Position numbers and translations under genes: made by a program
From: Granulicella sp.
Lineage (GTDB): Bacteria; Acidobacteriota; Terriglobia; Terriglobales; Acidobacteriaceae
Direction of reading: 5' to 3'
Length of the DNA stretch: 63,273 nucleotides
NCBI GenBank assembly: GCA_027339965.1
Contig: DAHWNL010000066.1
Coordinates: 1-63,273 of the forward strand
The notes under the pieces: model-generated
Database searches by the model: none
Told to the model about the DNA's origin: nothing
What the model saw: only the letters and a program-made list of their open reading frames with translations
In this document: positions 42,047-53,800 of the stretch, piece by piece
How positions within the stretch are numbered: the first letter of the stretch is position 1
Layout of the letters: each line of letters starts with the position of its first letter

Positions 42047-43715
42047 CGGTGGTCACCTCTTTCTTCGTCTTGTTCGCAAGCCACTCGTAGTCATAGACCT
42101 CATGGTCCATGATGGGTATCTCGGTAAAGTTTTCCGTAGGTGGCGGGGAGGCGATCTGCCACTCCAGCCCCGTGGCCTGCCATGGATTGCTGCCGGCAAT
42201 CGCTCCGTACTTCAACGACCAGGCCAGATAGAGCAAAGGCAGCATGTAGCCGAAGCCCAGGACGGTGGCGCCGGCCGTGGAGAGCACGTTCAGGACCTGA
42301 AACTCCGGCGGATAGGCGGCATAGCGGCGGGGCAGACCCAGGTAGCCCAAAACGAACTGGGGAAGGAAGGTCAAATTGAATCCGATGAACGTGGTTACGG
42401 CGGCCAGCTTGGAGATGGTCTCGGGATACATTCGTCCGGTCATCTTGGGCCACCAGAAGTGAATTCCCGCCAGGAAGGCCATCAACCCGCCGCCCACCAT
42501 GACAAAGTGGAAGTGGGCCACCACGAAGTAGGTTTCGGTCAGGTGAATATCCATGCCCAGCGAACCAAGGAAGACGCCGGTGAGGCCGCCGATGGTGAAC
42601 AGCCCCATGAAGCCGAAGCAGTAAAGCATGGGGGTCTCAAAGGTGATCGACCCCTTCTGCAAGGTAAACGCCCAGTTGAAGATCTTGATGGCGGAGGGCA
42701 CCGCAACCAGCATGGTGAGCAGGGAGAAGACCAGCGCCGAGTAGCTGGACACGCCCATGATGAACATGTGGTGCTCCCAGACGAAGAAGCCGAACAGCGC
42801 AATGGCAACGGAGCTGAATGCCACCGCCGTATATCCGAAGATCCGTTTGCGGCTGAAGGTGGAGATAACCTCAGAGACCACGCCCATGCCGGGCAGGATC
42901 ATGATGTAGACGGCAGGATGGGAGTAAAACCAGAAGAGATGCTGGAAGAGCAGCGGGTCGCCGCCTTTGGCCGGATCAAAGATGCCGATGCCGAAGAGCC
43001 GCTCCAAAGCCACCAGCACGAGGGTGGTCGCCAGCACCGGGGTTCCCAGCACCATGAGCAGGGAGGCTGCATAGTGCGACCAGAGAAACAGCGGCATGCG
43101 GAACCAGGTCATGCCCGGGCAGCGCATGCGATGGATGGTGACGATAAAGTTGATACCGGTAAGGATGGAACTGAATCCGGTGATGAAGATGGCCATCGCC
43201 GCGGTAATCACGTGCGTATTCAGGTAGTGCGTCGAGAGCGGCGTGGTGAAGGTCCAGCCGGTGTCCACTCCGCCCAGTACCAACGCGGCCAGGGTGAGCG
43301 TTCCGCCCGCCATATAGACATACCAGCTCAGCAGATTGAGCTTGGGGAACGCCAGGTCCTTAGCCCCAATCATCAGCGGAATCAGGAAGTTCCCCAGTAC
43401 GCCCGGAATGGAGGGCACAAGGAAGAGGAAGATCATGATGAGGCCGTGCATGGTGAAGAACTTGTTGTAGGTATCCGCCGCCACCAGGTCAGGCTGGGGC
43501 GTGAGCAGCTCCAGCCGGATTAAGCCCGCAAAGGCTCCTCCGATGAAGAAGAAGAAGGTGACCGAGAACAGGTAGAGGAGGGCGATCCTCTTGTGGTCTT
43601 CGGTGAGCAGCCAACTCAGCAGACCGTACTCGTTGTTAATGTAGTGGCGCTTGGGTAACCGCGCCGTGCTTTGGTCCGGTAAGGAGACGATGGTATTTCC
43701 AATCGCTGTACTCAT
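42039..43715 (-). CDS. ctaD: Cytochrome c oxidase subunit I (A2 type)
   Basis: [19 protein letters not shown] (A2-type YS motif), VWEHH and VAHFH metal ligands. Confidence 0.96.
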   Translation of the reverse strand: MSTAIGNTIVSLPDQSTARLPKRHYINNEYGLLSWLLTEDHKRIALLYLFSVTFFFFIGGAFAGLIRLELLTPQPDLVAADTYNKFFTMHGLIMIFLFLVPSIPGVLGNFLIPLMIGAKDLAFPKLNLLSWYVYMAGGTLTLAALVLGGVDTGWTFTTPLSTHYLNTHVITAAMAIFITGFSSILTGINFIVTIHRMRCPGMTWFRMPLFLWSHYAASLLMVLGTPVLATTLVLVALERLFGIGIFDPAKGGDPLLFQHLFWFYSHPAVYIMILPGMGVVSEVISTFSRKRIFGYTAVAFSSVAIALFGFFVWEHHMFIMGVSSYSALVFSLLTMLVAVPSAIKIFNWAFTLQKGSITFETPMLYCFGFMGLFTIGGLTGVFLGSLGMDIHLTETYFVVAHFHFVMVGGGLMAFLAGIHFWWPKMTGRMYPETISKLAAVTTFIGFNLTFLPQFVLGYLGLPRRYAAYPPEFQVLNVLSTAGATVLGFGYMLPLLYLAWSLKYGAIAGSNPWQATGLEWQIASPPPTENFTEIPIMDHEVYDYEWLANKTKKEVTTVG

Positions 43716-43719
43716 GGTT

Positions 43720-44769
43720 TCACCTTTCCCCTGCTGCCTGTGGTGGCGTTGTGGGAGCAGATTCTCCGGATGCAGCCGTCACCAGCGTCTGCTGCACGCG
43801 GTAGTCGGACTGCATGTTCTTGATAAACTCCACCAGGTCGATCAGTCCGTCCTCGCTGAGCTGGCCCTGGTAGGTGGGCATGATGGGAGCATATCCGGCC
43901 GTGACATGCGCGGACGGATTCAGGATAGCGTCACGCAGATAGGCGTCGTCCACCAGAATCTGACGGCCGTCAGTAAGCGTGAGCTTGGAGCCGTAGACGC
44001 CCGCCAGATCCGGCCCTCTGGCCGCCGCCGTTCCGTTGTGGCAGGAGTTGCAGCCCATGCTGGCGAACAGGCGCTCTCCGTTCTGAGCCAGGCTTTGGCC
44101 TGAGGTGGACTGCTCCAGCCAGGTCTTGTAGTCCCCAGGCGTCATCACCGTAATCCAGCCCACCATGCCGGAGTGCTGGGTGCCGCAGTACTGGCTGCAG
44201 AAGAGGCGATAGTTGCCCGCCTTGGTGGCCTCAAACCACACGGTGGAGTAACGCCCCGGAATCACCTCTCGCTTGATGCGAAAGTCGGGCACAGAGAAGC
44301 TATGAAAGACATCCTGGGAGATCATGGTCAACTGCACGGGCCGGCCCATCGGCACGTGCAGAGCGTCGATCTCATGCTGCCCTCCGGGGTGCTCGGCCTT
44401 CCACATCCACTGTTTGCCCACGATGTAGATGTTCATGGCGTTGGTGGGGGGGTTATAGATGCGGAAGTAGAGCAGCGCACCCCAGACGTAGACCACGAGG
44501 AAGATCGCCAGCGGGATGATGGTCCAGGTGGTCTCCAGCAGCGTGGAGCCCTCGATCTGGGTCGCCACGGGACTCCTCTGCCGGCTGTAGCGGGCGGAGA
44601 AGAACACCACCAGAACAGCAACCAACGTGGTTCCGAAGATGGTCATCAGGACCAGGAAAAAGTACAGCGCGTCCGTGTACGGCGCGATCGTGCTCGCCTC
44701 CGCCGGGAACAGCGAGGCGTTGTGGAGCCAGTTGACCAAAAATTGCCAGAGTACCGGACTGAGTCCCAT
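43720..44769 (-). CDS. ctaC: Cytochrome c oxidase subunit II with fused cytochrome c (caa3)
   Basis: DVFHS plus [12 protein letters not shown]uA motif; C-terminal CNSCH heme-c motif. Confidence 0.95.
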   Translation of the reverse strand: MGLSPVLWQFLVNWLHNASLFPAEASTIAPYTDALYFFLVLMTIFGTTLVAVLVVFFSARYSRQRSPVATQIEGSTLLETTWTIIPLAIFLVVYVWGALLYFRIYNPPTNAMNIYIVGKQWMWKAEHPGGQHEIDALHVPMGRPVQLTMISQDVFHSFSVPDFRIKREVIPGRYSTVWFEATKAGNYRLFCSQYCGTQHSGMVGWITVMTPGDYKTWLEQSTSGQSLAQNGERLFASMGCNSCHNGTAAARGPDLAGVYGSKLTLTDGRQILVDDAYLRDAILNPSAHVTAGYAPIMPTYQGQLSEDGLIDLVEFIKNMQSDYRVQQTLVTAASGESAPTTPPQAAGER

Positions 44770-44772
44770 CGT

Positions 44773-45753
44773 TTAGCCCTTATCCATCCCGCCCGGCCGT
44801 TCCGCGCCGGGCTGAAGGTCTTGTTGATGCGCAAGCTGGATGTCGCGCCGGAACATGATGAAGAGGAAGCCGCCCAGGGAGGCGACGGTCGCAATTCCGC
44901 CGATTTGCACGGCGCGCACCACCATCAGAGAACGTTTGTCGATCTCTGGATTGTAGCGGTAGCAGTAGGTGAGAATGTTCGGTACGCCGATGCCGACCTT
45001 GCCGCGGGAGGCGTCCTGCAAGCTGTCCACCAGAGCCTGAGGTGGAAACTCGACGCCCAGGAAGTACTGCGCGACTCGTCCCTGGGGGGTTACAACCTCA
45101 ATGGCGCTGGCATGCGCGTATTGGTTGGGCTTGCCATCCGGTCCGGGGACGCGAACATAGCCGAAGCCGATCGCGTGCGTGACGGCCTCCACGGCGGATG
45201 GGGAGCCCGTAAGATAATGCCATCCGTCTGCGGTGTCAGGGCGGCCATAACGGCGGAGATAGAGCGCCTTCTTCGCTGCCGCCATCTGTGGGGTCTCGCT
45301 CGGATCAAAACTGATCACGATGACCTGAAAGTCTCTTCCGGGGGTCAGATGGACCATCTCCAGGGCGCTGGTGAGCCCGTCCATCTCCTCCGGGCAGAGC
45401 ATAGGACAGTTGTAGTAGACCGTGGTAAGAATGGCCGGCAGCTTGCCGTTGAAGTACTGTCCCAGTAACACCGGCTGACCGTGGTCATCCACAAAGCGGG
45501 CATGGAGAGGCAGTTGAGCGTTCAGGCGCTGGGTGATCTGTACGCTACGCAGCACGATGGGCAGTTGTTCATTCTGGTCCGGCGCCTTCGTAGCCGTGGG
45601 ATTCTGAGCGCGGGTGGGCGGGGTGAAGCCGAGCAGACCAAAGCCGAGTGTGGTGGCAAACAGGAGACGCCGGCCGTTCCAGGACAGGCCGGAGCCGCGA
45701 TCGGTACCTGCCGTGGCTGGCTGCGCGCTGCGAGTTGTGCCTGCTGCTCTCAC
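44773..45753 (-). CDS. SCO1/SenC family copper chaperone
   Basis: YYNCPMLC CxxxC motif and conserved His (YAHAS). Confidence 0.92.
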   Translation of the reverse strand: MRAAGTTRSAQPATAGTDRGSGLSWNGRRLLFATTLGFGLLGFTPPTRAQNPTATKAPDQNEQLPIVLRSVQITQRLNAQLPLHARFVDDHGQPVLLGQYFNGKLPAILTTVYYNCPMLCPEEMDGLTSALEMVHLTPGRDFQVIVISFDPSETPQMAAAKKALYLRRYGRPDTADGWHYLTGSPSAVEAVTHAIGFGYVRVPGPDGKPNQYAHASAIEVVTPQGRVAQYFLGVEFPPQALVDSLQDASRGKVGIGVPNILTYCYRYNPEIDKRSLMVVRAVQIGGIATVASLGGFLFIMFRRDIQLAHQQDLQPGAERPGGMDKG

Positions 45754-45834
45754 TCTTCCAACTTCTCCGGCTGGAGGAATCTCGGGTCCGCCTCTTCCCG
45801 CCGGGGCCTGGCATCCCCGGAAAGACGGCTTCTT

Positions 45835-46566
45835 TTACGGCTGGTCGGCCTTGGCCTCTTCGTTCTGCATGGCGGAGCGGTACTCGTTCTGCTGCTCCCG
45901 AGCCAGGATCGCCTGCTGCTCAAACCCCGTGCGGGCAAACCCATTGGTCAGGGGAGCGGTCACCACTGGCCGGGCCTCGCCGGCCATCAGGGTCTGGGGC
46001 TGCGCGGATGCGGGCGCCTGCGGCAAACCGCGCTGGATGATCAACTCCATGGCCCGCTGGATGGGAATGCGAACGGTCCCCTGCGGGAGATCGGAGGAGG
46101 TGCTGTAGTAGTTCAGCAGCAGATCCTCGCGGGCATGCATATCGGCTACCGCCTGGTTGCCGTCGTCGGTGAGCAGCCGCGGGGTGGCAAACGCCTTGGT
46201 CATCTCGGCCAACTGGCGTTGCTCCAGGGTGGGGCTGGGGGTCAGGTCCTGCAGCTTGCCACCGTGCGGCGTTGCCCCCAGGGTGAAGGTGGTGTGCCAT
46301 TTATCCGCCGGGCCGTCGTGCTTGATCAGAGCGTAGTTGATCACCTTGCCGAGCGCAAAACAAAAGAAGAAGAAGATGGTGATAAACCCCGAGAGGCCGG
46401 CGAGGAAGGTCACCACGCCGCCGACGCTGATGTCCTCCGTCTCGTAACCCGGACCCTCAACCCCGCGCAGGTGGGAATCTTCGCCGCCGGCTCTGATCTC
46501 GCCGCCGGGGCGGTGGGTTCCGCCCGCCGGGGCGCCGGGCGAACTGTTGTGTCCCTCAGTGTGCAT
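45835..46566 (-). CDS. Single-TM protein at the ActG position of the ACIII operon
   Basis: GYETEDI + TM helix; PRL; VRIPIQRAMELI motif; overlaps the actF stop. Confidence 0.7.
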   Translation of the reverse strand: MHTEGHNSSPGAPAGGTHRPGGEIRAGGEDSHLRGVEGPGYETEDISVGGVVTFLAGLSGFITIFFFFCFALGKVINYALIKHDGPADKWHTTFTLGATPHGGKLQDLTPSPTLEQRQLAEMTKAFATPRLLTDDGNQAVADMHAREDLLLNYYSTSSDLPQGTVRIPIQRAMELIIQRGLPQAPASAQPQTLMAGEARPVVTAPLTNGFARTGFEQQAILAREQQNEYRSAMQNEEAKADQP

Positions 46567-47896
46567 GTTCAGGCTCCAGTAACTCTTCCGTGTGCGGATC
46601 GTTGACGTTGATCAAAGGCCGCTTGGTAAGCTCGTTCAGGTAAAAGAACATCCAGAAGGCAACCACCGCGATGGGGACGGTCACATAGGCCAGAATGCCG
46701 ATGTTGCCGCTCAGATGCAGGTTGCCGGCTGCGTCGGAGAAGTTCGGCTCGATCAGCCAGAACATGTCGATCAGGCGCGCCAGCAGCATGAAGACGCAGA
46801 CCCAGATCATCTTAGCTTTGGACCGTTTGATATCTCGTGAGAGCAGGATGCAGAACGGAATCACCCAGTGACAGATGACATCCAGAGAGCAGATGACCCA
46901 CCAGCCTCCACGAATGCGATGTAAATACCAGGGAATCTCGTCCGGCACATTGCCGGACCAGATGATGAGGAACTCGGCGAAGCAGAGATAGATATTCAGC
47001 ATCACGAAGGCGAAGGCCAGCTTGCCGAGGTCATGCTGTTCGGTGGTGCGAAACATGGTCTTGATGGGCTCATAGCGCGAGAGCAGGATCAGCGTCAGGA
47101 TGCCCAGCGCCAGCACGGCGTAACCCTGCGCCACCAGGAACTGCAACCCATAGACCGTGGAGTACCAGGTGACGTCCAGCGACTTGACGAAGACAATCAC
47201 AAAGTCGGTCATCAGCACCACATACAACAGGATCATGGGGCCGGAGAGATTCTCGAACTTCACCCGCCAGCGGTCGAAGCTTGCCTGCGTGCCGGCCTCC
47301 GGATCGTTGTCCCGCTGCAGGCTCCAGCGGTTCAGCAGGGTGATCACCAGCGCCATGATGCCGAGCACGATGGCGGCCTGGATCCAGGCAGAGGAGGGGT
47401 TGAGCATGGTCTGCTTGGAGGTGGCCGTCAACTGCTGTTCCTGGGTCATCAAGCCGTGCTGGTAAGCCCACAGCTTGGAGATGGCGTCCGGGAAGGCGGC
47501 CCACTGATAAAGGTGCTTCATCAGCAGGAGGATGGGCACCAGCATCAGAATCAGAACCCAGATGGTCCGGGTCATCGCCTCCAGTGGCCGGCGCAGAATC
47601 TGTCCCCACTTGCCGCCCGAGACATACTGCACCATCAGAAACGCCAGAGCCCCGCCTACAAAGTTGAAGCAGGTCATGTAGCCCATCAAATAAGCGCGCA
47701 GCAGATGCTCTTTGCCCAGCGGAACAAACAGGAAGACCAGCGAGAACAGGCCGAAGACCACTGCTACCGCCGCCGCGCGCGCGCGCCAGGTGGAGACCAC
47801 CTGCGGAGCCGTCAGGACGCTGGGCAGCACCCGCGTTGGGTGGAGCGAATGCCCCAGGGTGAGATCCGCTCCGTGATGTTCGTTTGCCATTTCCAT
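46556..47896 (-). CDS. actF: Alternative complex III membrane subunit ActF
   Basis: GGKWG...RRPLEA, WYST, HDLGKL and FLIIWSGN motifs. Confidence 0.88.
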   Translation of the reverse strand: MEMANEHHGADLTLGHSLHPTRVLPSVLTAPQVVSTWRARAAAVAVVFGLFSLVFLFVPLGKEHLLRAYLMGYMTCFNFVGGALAFLMVQYVSGGKWGQILRRPLEAMTRTIWVLILMLVPILLLMKHLYQWAAFPDAISKLWAYQHGLMTQEQQLTATSKQTMLNPSSAWIQAAIVLGIMALVITLLNRWSLQRDNDPEAGTQASFDRWRVKFENLSGPMILLYVVLMTDFVIVFVKSLDVTWYSTVYGLQFLVAQGYAVLALGILTLILLSRYEPIKTMFRTTEQHDLGKLAFAFVMLNIYLCFAEFLIIWSGNVPDEIPWYLHRIRGGWWVICSLDVICHWVIPFCILLSRDIKRSKAKMIWVCVFMLLARLIDMFWLIEPNFSDAAGNLHLSGNIGILAYVTVPIAVVAFWMFFYLNELTKRPLINVNDPHTEELLEPEHAH

Positions 47897-47957
47897 GCTT
47901 CTGTCGCCTTCAGTGCTTTAGTCTCAAATCCCGTTCATGAATCGTTGCGCTTCCATC

Positions 47958-48005
47958 CCTGCATCAAGTCCTGCACAAAGTCCGGCATCAAGCCCTGGAT
48001 CAAGG
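47958..48005. repeat. Four imperfect 12-bp tandem units spanning the actE stop codon
   Basis: CCTGCATCAAGT, CCTGCACAAAGT, CCGGCATCAAGC, CCTGGATCAAGG. Confidence 0.75.
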
Positions 48006-48842
48006 CTGCTTGCCAAAGGGTGTGCCGTTGGAGACCGGAGCGATTGGCTCGCCGCCCGAATCCCGCTGCCCGGAGCTCTGCGTTGCCTTTTGCCCATAAT
48101 GGGCTGCCGCCCCGGCCGGGGGCGTCCCCATCGGCACGCCGGGTATGCCGTTGTCGGCGCCGTTGGGCGTTCCATAGACGGCTGTGGAGGGCAGGGTCCA
48201 GGGATCGGCGAAGCTGACCGGCATGCCCAGGTCACGGGCGATCTCATGCAGGTCTACCACCTGAACACCGGCTGGAACGTCATTGCGCGTCGCGTTCTGG
48301 CTTAACTGCAGAGCGCGAATGTAGGCCGCCACCGCCCAACGGTCGGAAGGCGTCAACTGTGCTGCGTAGTCCGGCATGGCGCCGTAGCCGTTGGTCATCA
48401 CCGTGAAGAAGTGGCCCAGCGGCGCGTTGCGCAGGCGCTCGGTGTGGAAGTTGCCGGCTGGCCGGTAGCCGCGCTGCACAATCATCCCTTCGCCGTTGCC
48501 TACCCGGGAGTGACACGGAGTGCAGTAGATGTTGTAGCGCTCCTGGCCCCGCTCCAGGGTTGCCGCGTTGAGCGGAATGGGCAGCCCGTCTCCCTCCTTG
48601 CCATTCTCGATGCCGGTGTAGAAGTAGGCGTTCTCATCCATCTGGTCGCGCGCCACGGTGTGCTCCACCTGCGGGCGGACGCTGCGGCCCGAGGGGTAGA
48701 AGGTGGTTCCCCGCTGAGGGAAGAACTTGGGCTGGTTCTGCATGTCCTGGCGGCAGCCGGAGAAGAGCAAAAGCAGGCAGACCGACCCCAACAGGGAGGC
48801 TGTTCCGGCGCGGAGCCTCATCCGATCGCTTGCATCTGGCAT
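48000..48842 (-). CDS. actE: ACIII monoheme cytochrome c lipoprotein ActE
   Basis: FSGC lipobox followed by RQDMQNQPK; RGQERYNIYCTPCH; GYGAMP. Confidence 0.9.
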   Translation of the reverse strand: MPDASDRMRLRAGTASLLGSVCLLLLFSGCRQDMQNQPKFFPQRGTTFYPSGRSVRPQVEHTVARDQMDENAYFYTGIENGKEGDGLPIPLNAATLERGQERYNIYCTPCHSRVGNGEGMIVQRGYRPAGNFHTERLRNAPLGHFFTVMTNGYGAMPDYAAQLTPSDRWAVAAYIRALQLSQNATRNDVPAGVQVVDLHEIARDLGMPVSFADPWTLPSTAVYGTPNGADNGIPGVPMGTPPAGAAAHYGQKATQSSGQRDSGGEPIAPVSNGTPFGKQP

Positions 48843-48853
48843 CGTGTATCTCA

Positions 48854-49396
48854 CTAGTGCTGGACCTCCACGACCGAAACCGGAGAGCATCTCTCCAACA
48901 GCTTCCGGGTCTCGATCCGATCGAACCTCGGATCGTTGGCTTCCAGGCAAAGAAAGAACTTGTCCGTGGAGGCGCCATCGGCGAAGTTGGGCGCATTGAA
49001 CAGCGGATGGTAAAGCTGCGGCAGCCCGTTCAGCGCGAGCATGCCAAAGCAGGTGGAGAGGCCGGCAAACAGGATCGTCCACTCATAGGCGGGAACCACA
49101 AAGGCCGGCCAACTGAACAGGGGCATGGCGCGCAGGTTCAGCGGATATCCCCAGACGTTGATCCAGATCTCCAGCAGGGCCCCGGTGGTCAGGCCCATCA
49201 AGCCGCCCAGCAAGCAGATCAGAGGCACTCTGGTCTTGTGGAAGTGCAGCGCCTCCGCTGCCTCTTCCACAGGGTACCGGGTGTAACTCTCCATCCGGCG
49301 ATACCCGGCGCCATAGGCCAGCTTGGTGGCCTGCACCAGTTCGCCGGGAGTATTGAACTCGGCCAGCAGACCGTAGACTCCTTCACGCGGCGGCAT
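48854..49396 (-). CDS. actD: ACIII subunit ActD (DUF3341)
   Basis: YGLLAEF, SWPAFVVPAYE, LPQLYHPLF and DKFFL motifs. Confidence 0.9.
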   Translation of the reverse strand: MPPREGVYGLLAEFNTPGELVQATKLAYGAGYRRMESYTRYPVEEAAEALHFHKTRVPLICLLGGLMGLTTGALLEIWINVWGYPLNLRAMPLFSWPAFVVPAYEWTILFAGLSTCFGMLALNGLPQLYHPLFNAPNFADGASTDKFFLCLEANDPRFDRIETRKLLERCSPVSVVEVQH

Positions 49397-50835
49397 CAGA
49401 TCGCCTCCTGAACAACGGCTTTGGCATCTTCTCCACCTTTACCGATCTTGGCTTGGGGAAGCATGGTTCGCAGCTCCGACATGGGAATCATGGGGGCGAA
49501 GCGCGCAAACAGAAGGAAGAGCGTGCTGAACAGACCCCAGGTTCCGATGAAGAGCATGTAATCCCACTTGGTGGCCCGGTAGGTGCCCCAACTGGACGGC
49601 AGGTAATCCCGGTACAGGCTGGTGACGACAATGACGAAGCGCTCAAACCACATGCCGATGTTCACCACAAAGGACAGGAAGAACAGATAGGCCGCATTGA
49701 CCCGCAGCTTGCGGCTCCATAGGGTCGTCAGCGGAATCGCGAGGTTGGTCAGGATCAGCACCCAGTAGGCCCACCCCATGGGACCAAACATGCGGTTCCA
49801 CATCATGAAGTACTCCCAATGGCTGGCCGAGTACCAGCTCATGAAGACCTCCATGCCGTAGCCGTAGCCCACAATGGAGCCGGTGGCCAACATCACCTTG
49901 GCCATGTTGTCCAGGTGGCGCAGGGTGACCAGATCCTCCAGGTGATAAAACTTGCGGATCGGAATCGCCAGCGTCAGCACCATCGCAAAGCCGGAGTAGA
50001 CCGCGCCGGCGACGAAGTAAGGCGGAAAGATGGTGGTGTGCCAGCCTGCCATGGCCGCCACAGCAAAGTCAAAGCTGATGGTGGTGTGTACGGAGAGCAC
50101 CAGAGGGGTGCTCAACCCGGCTAGCAGCAGCGAAGCCGACTCATACCGAATCCAGTGGCGCGTGGACCCTCGCCAGCCCACCGCCAGCATGCCGTAGACG
50201 TACTTGGCCAGGGGACTTTTGGCCCGGTCGCGCAGTGTCCCAAAGTCCGGGATCATCCCCATGTACCAGAAGACGATGGAGATGGTGGCGTAGGTGGAGA
50301 CCGCGAAGACGTCCCAGGCCAGCGGGCTGCGGAACTGTGGCCAGACGTTCATTGAGTTGGGATAGGGCAGCAGCCAGTAACCCAGCCAGGGACGCCCGAC
50401 GTGAAGCAGCGGAAACATCGCCGCGCAGCAGACCGCGAAGATGGTCATCGCCTCCGCAAACCGATTGATGGAGTTGCGCCAGGTCTGCTTGAAGAGCAGC
50501 AGGATGGCTGAGATCAGCGTTCCCGCGTGGCCGATACCGATCCACCAGACGAAGTTGATGATGGCGAAGCCCCAGGCGCCGGGGATGGTGATGCCCCAGA
50601 TGCCTACGCCCTTCAGCACCAGCCAGGTGACGGCGACCACCACGCCCATGGCTACAGTCGCCGAAAGAAAAAGCCCTCCCAGCCAGGACAGCGGCGTGTT
50701 GTCGGTGAGGACGATGCCGGCGACCTTCTGGGTGACGCTCTTGAACGTGTGCCCGGGAGCGATGACCGCGTACTCGCCGGTACGCGGGTCAATCATGGGA
50801 TCGTCGATCTCCGGAATGGGTCCTTGGGTGGCCAT
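49396..50835 (-). CDS. actC: ACIII NrfD/PsrC-like membrane subunit ActC
   Basis: WGFAIINFVWWIGIGHAGTLISAIL, RSPLAWDVFAVSTY and WHTTIFPPYFVAGA motifs. Confidence 0.95.
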   Translation of the reverse strand: MATQGPIPEIDDPMIDPRTGEYAVIAPGHTFKSVTQKVAGIVLTDNTPLSWLGGLFLSATVAMGVVVAVTWLVLKGVGIWGITIPGAWGFAIINFVWWIGIGHAGTLISAILLLFKQTWRNSINRFAEAMTIFAVCCAAMFPLLHVGRPWLGYWLLPYPNSMNVWPQFRSPLAWDVFAVSTYATISIVFWYMGMIPDFGTLRDRAKSPLAKYVYGMLAVGWRGSTRHWIRYESASLLLAGLSTPLVLSVHTTISFDFAVAAMAGWHTTIFPPYFVAGAVYSGFAMVLTLAIPIRKFYHLEDLVTLRHLDNMAKVMLATGSIVGYGYGMEVFMSWYSASHWEYFMMWNRMFGPMGWAYWVLILTNLAIPLTTLWSRKLRVNAAYLFFLSFVVNIGMWFERFVIVVTSLYRDYLPSSWGTYRATKWDYMLFIGTWGLFSTLFLLFARFAPMIPMSELRTMLPQAKIGKGGEDAKAVVQEAI

Positions 50836-50837
50836 GG

Positions 50838-53800
50838 TTATGCAAGCTCCGGGTTGGGGTTGATGACGCCTGCGGTGTAGGTGGTGCGAGGACGGTAGTT
50901 CAGATCCGCCAGCACCTGGTAGTCGCGTTCCGTGGCCTTGCGCTGGACCACCTTGGAAGTGGGATCGTTCAGGTTGCCGAAGACCAGCGCGTCGGTGGGG
51001 CAAGCCTGCTGGCAGGCGGTGAGAATCTCTCCGTCACGGATGGCGCGGTTGTTCTTATCGGCCTCAATCTTGACCGCCTCGATGCGCTGCACGCAGTAGT
51101 TGCATTTTTCCATGATGCCGCGGGACCGAACGGTGACGTCCGGATTGCGCATGAACTTGAGGCTCTCCGTGTCATAGTCCGAGTACAGCAGGAAGTTGAA
51201 CCGGCGCACCTTGTAAGGACAGTTGTTGGAACAGTAGCGGGTGCCGACGCAGCGGTTGTAGACCATCATGTTGAGGCCTTCGGGGGTGTGGATGGTGGCC
51301 CCCACCGGACAGACCTGTTCACAGCCGGCGCTCTCGCACTGCTGGCAGTACATCGGCTGGAAGTACGCCGCGGGAGCATGCAGATCGCCTTCGAAGTAGG
51401 TATCGATGCGGATCCATTGCATGATGCGCCCGATCTTTACCTGCTCGCGTCCCACCACCGCAATGTTGTTCTCCGCGTAACAGCTCATGATGCATGCGTT
51501 GCAGCCCACACAGGAGTTGAGGTCCACGGCCATCGCCCACTTGTTCTGCAGCACCTTGGCATTCAAGCCGACCACCTCGATGTGGTCGTAGCGCCAGTTG
51601 TCGGGCCAGAAACTTTCGTCGTGGGGAACGGCTTCTCCCTGAGGGTTATAGCCGACTTTGTCCACCAGGGTAAGATCGGAGTCCTTGGTGCCCAGGTGGG
51701 CGTAGTCCGGGTTTTTGAGCGCCTCCTCGTAGGTGGCGTAGCGGATGATGGAGCGTTCCAGAGCCTCATGGCCGGCCAGCGAGTACGTACCCTCGGTGTC
51801 CAGTTCGGTGCGCTCCAGGTCGCGCTGCGCGTAGCGGCCGCGATGCTCGATGTTGTGCACCTTGGTGACGCACAGGTCATACATGCCCTTGGATCGCTCC
51901 ACGCTCAGGCCGGAGGCGTACAGCGGCTGATCCACGGTGCGCAGGAGATAGGCGTTGAAGCCGACGCCGGCGCCCACGCGGCCGCACTCCGCGCGCCGCC
52001 CCAGCCCCAGATGCACCGTGACTGCATCGTCAGGATGGCCGGGCGACATCAGCACCGGGGTGATGATGCTGCGTCCGCCGACGCTCAACTGGATAGCCTC
52101 GTTCTCCTCGATGCCCAACCGGGTCATCATATCCAGGTTCATGAGAGCGGCGTTGTCCCAACTGAGGCTGGTTACCTGCTTGGGCAGTTCCTGCAGCCAG
52201 CCATTGTTGCCATACCTTCCGTCGTAGAGCGAGGGATCGGGGCGGAAGCTGATCTCGATGGCCGCGTCAGTGGAGGCTGCTGCCTTGGGTGCGATGGGAA
52301 CCGCCTTGGGGGCTCCCAGGGTCTTGGGTGAAAAAGCGGTGTCCGCCACCCATCCATCGTGCAGCGCCTTGCGCCAGGCCATCTCGAAGGGCGTGTCCTG
52401 GGCGGCCAATCCCAGCGCCACCTTTGCCTCCTGGGCGGCGTTTCGGGCCTGTTGGCTGACGCCGGGCTGGGCAGCCGCCGTAGCGGCAGCCGCGGCAGCC
52501 GCGGCAGCCGCGCGAGCTTGACTTGCCTCCGCTTCTCCCCCCTGACCGGCGGTCTTTCCCGCAGGCACGTTGAGATAGGTCCTGGCGTAAGCCCGCACCG
52601 CTTCATAGGCGCTCACGCCAGGGTCGAGCAGCGTCTGCAGGATATCGTGGGAGCTCTTGCCTCCGTAGAGAGGCTCGATCATCGGCTGCACAATGGAGAC
52701 GGTGCCGTCGTAGGCCCGGGCGTCGGTCCAGCTCTCCAAATAATGCGCCTGGTTGATGTGCCAGTCGCAGTAGTAACCGGTCTCATCCAGATGCATTCCC
52801 AAGTGGACCGTGTGCGAAACCCGGTTGAGCGCGTCCTGAAAGTTCAGGTCAGCCGGAGCGTTGTAGAGCGGATTGACGCCCAGCATCACCAGCCACTGCA
52901 CCTTGCCGGCATTCATGTCCGCGACCAGCGCCTTGAGGTCCGCCGACTGCTCGCTGGGCAGCGGGGCCACCGTCTGGGTGTAGACCACGGTCTTGCCCAC
53001 CGCGCCCTGCGCCGCATTCACCGCCAGCGCGGCGGCGTGGCAGGCCGGAGAACTGTTGGGGCCGGCCAGCACCGCGAAGCGGCCTCCGCTGCGGCGAATG
53101 TCAGCCAACAGGACGGAGAGAAAGCGCTGAGCTTCCGGGCTGAGGCCGGCGCCGGCGCCGGATGGGTTAGCGCCAACGCCGACGGCCAGCGCCGCAGCGA
53201 AGGCGTCAATGTCGCTGGGCTTGAGCGCCAGGCGATGGTCGGCCTTGAAGCCTGTCACGGTGGGCATGGTCTCCACCGCATACATCCGGTTCATGGTCTT
53301 GTCTTTCTGGAAGCGGCGCCGCTCGGCCCAGGCGGCGGACAGGGGAAGGAATCCCGGGAAACCGATGCCGCCCAGAAAATCGGCATCCAGAGCCACAACG
53401 ATGTCAGCGTCCTGCAAACGGTACTGCGTATCGTAGTAATCGCCGAAGGCAGCCTTGGAGGCGGCGCGGGCCGCGTCCTGGTTCACCGGCTCATACTGCA
53501 CCAGCCGCATCTGAGGATAGCGCGCCTGCACCCGCTTCCACTGGTCGGCCAGCGTAGGCGAGGTGATGGTCTCCGAGAGCAGAACCACTCCCTGACCGTT
53601 GCCGGTGGCAGCCACAGAGCCGGCAAACTCCTGCTGGAAGCGGGAAAACTCCGCCACCTCGCCGCGGTAGCGGGGAGATTGCGAACGGTCCGGATCGTAG
53701 AGGCCCAGCAGCGTCGCCTGGGTAAAGGCGTCCGACCGCCCCTTGGAGATGGGATGCTCCGGGTTGCCGTCCACCTTGATGGGACGAAAGGCATCCGATT

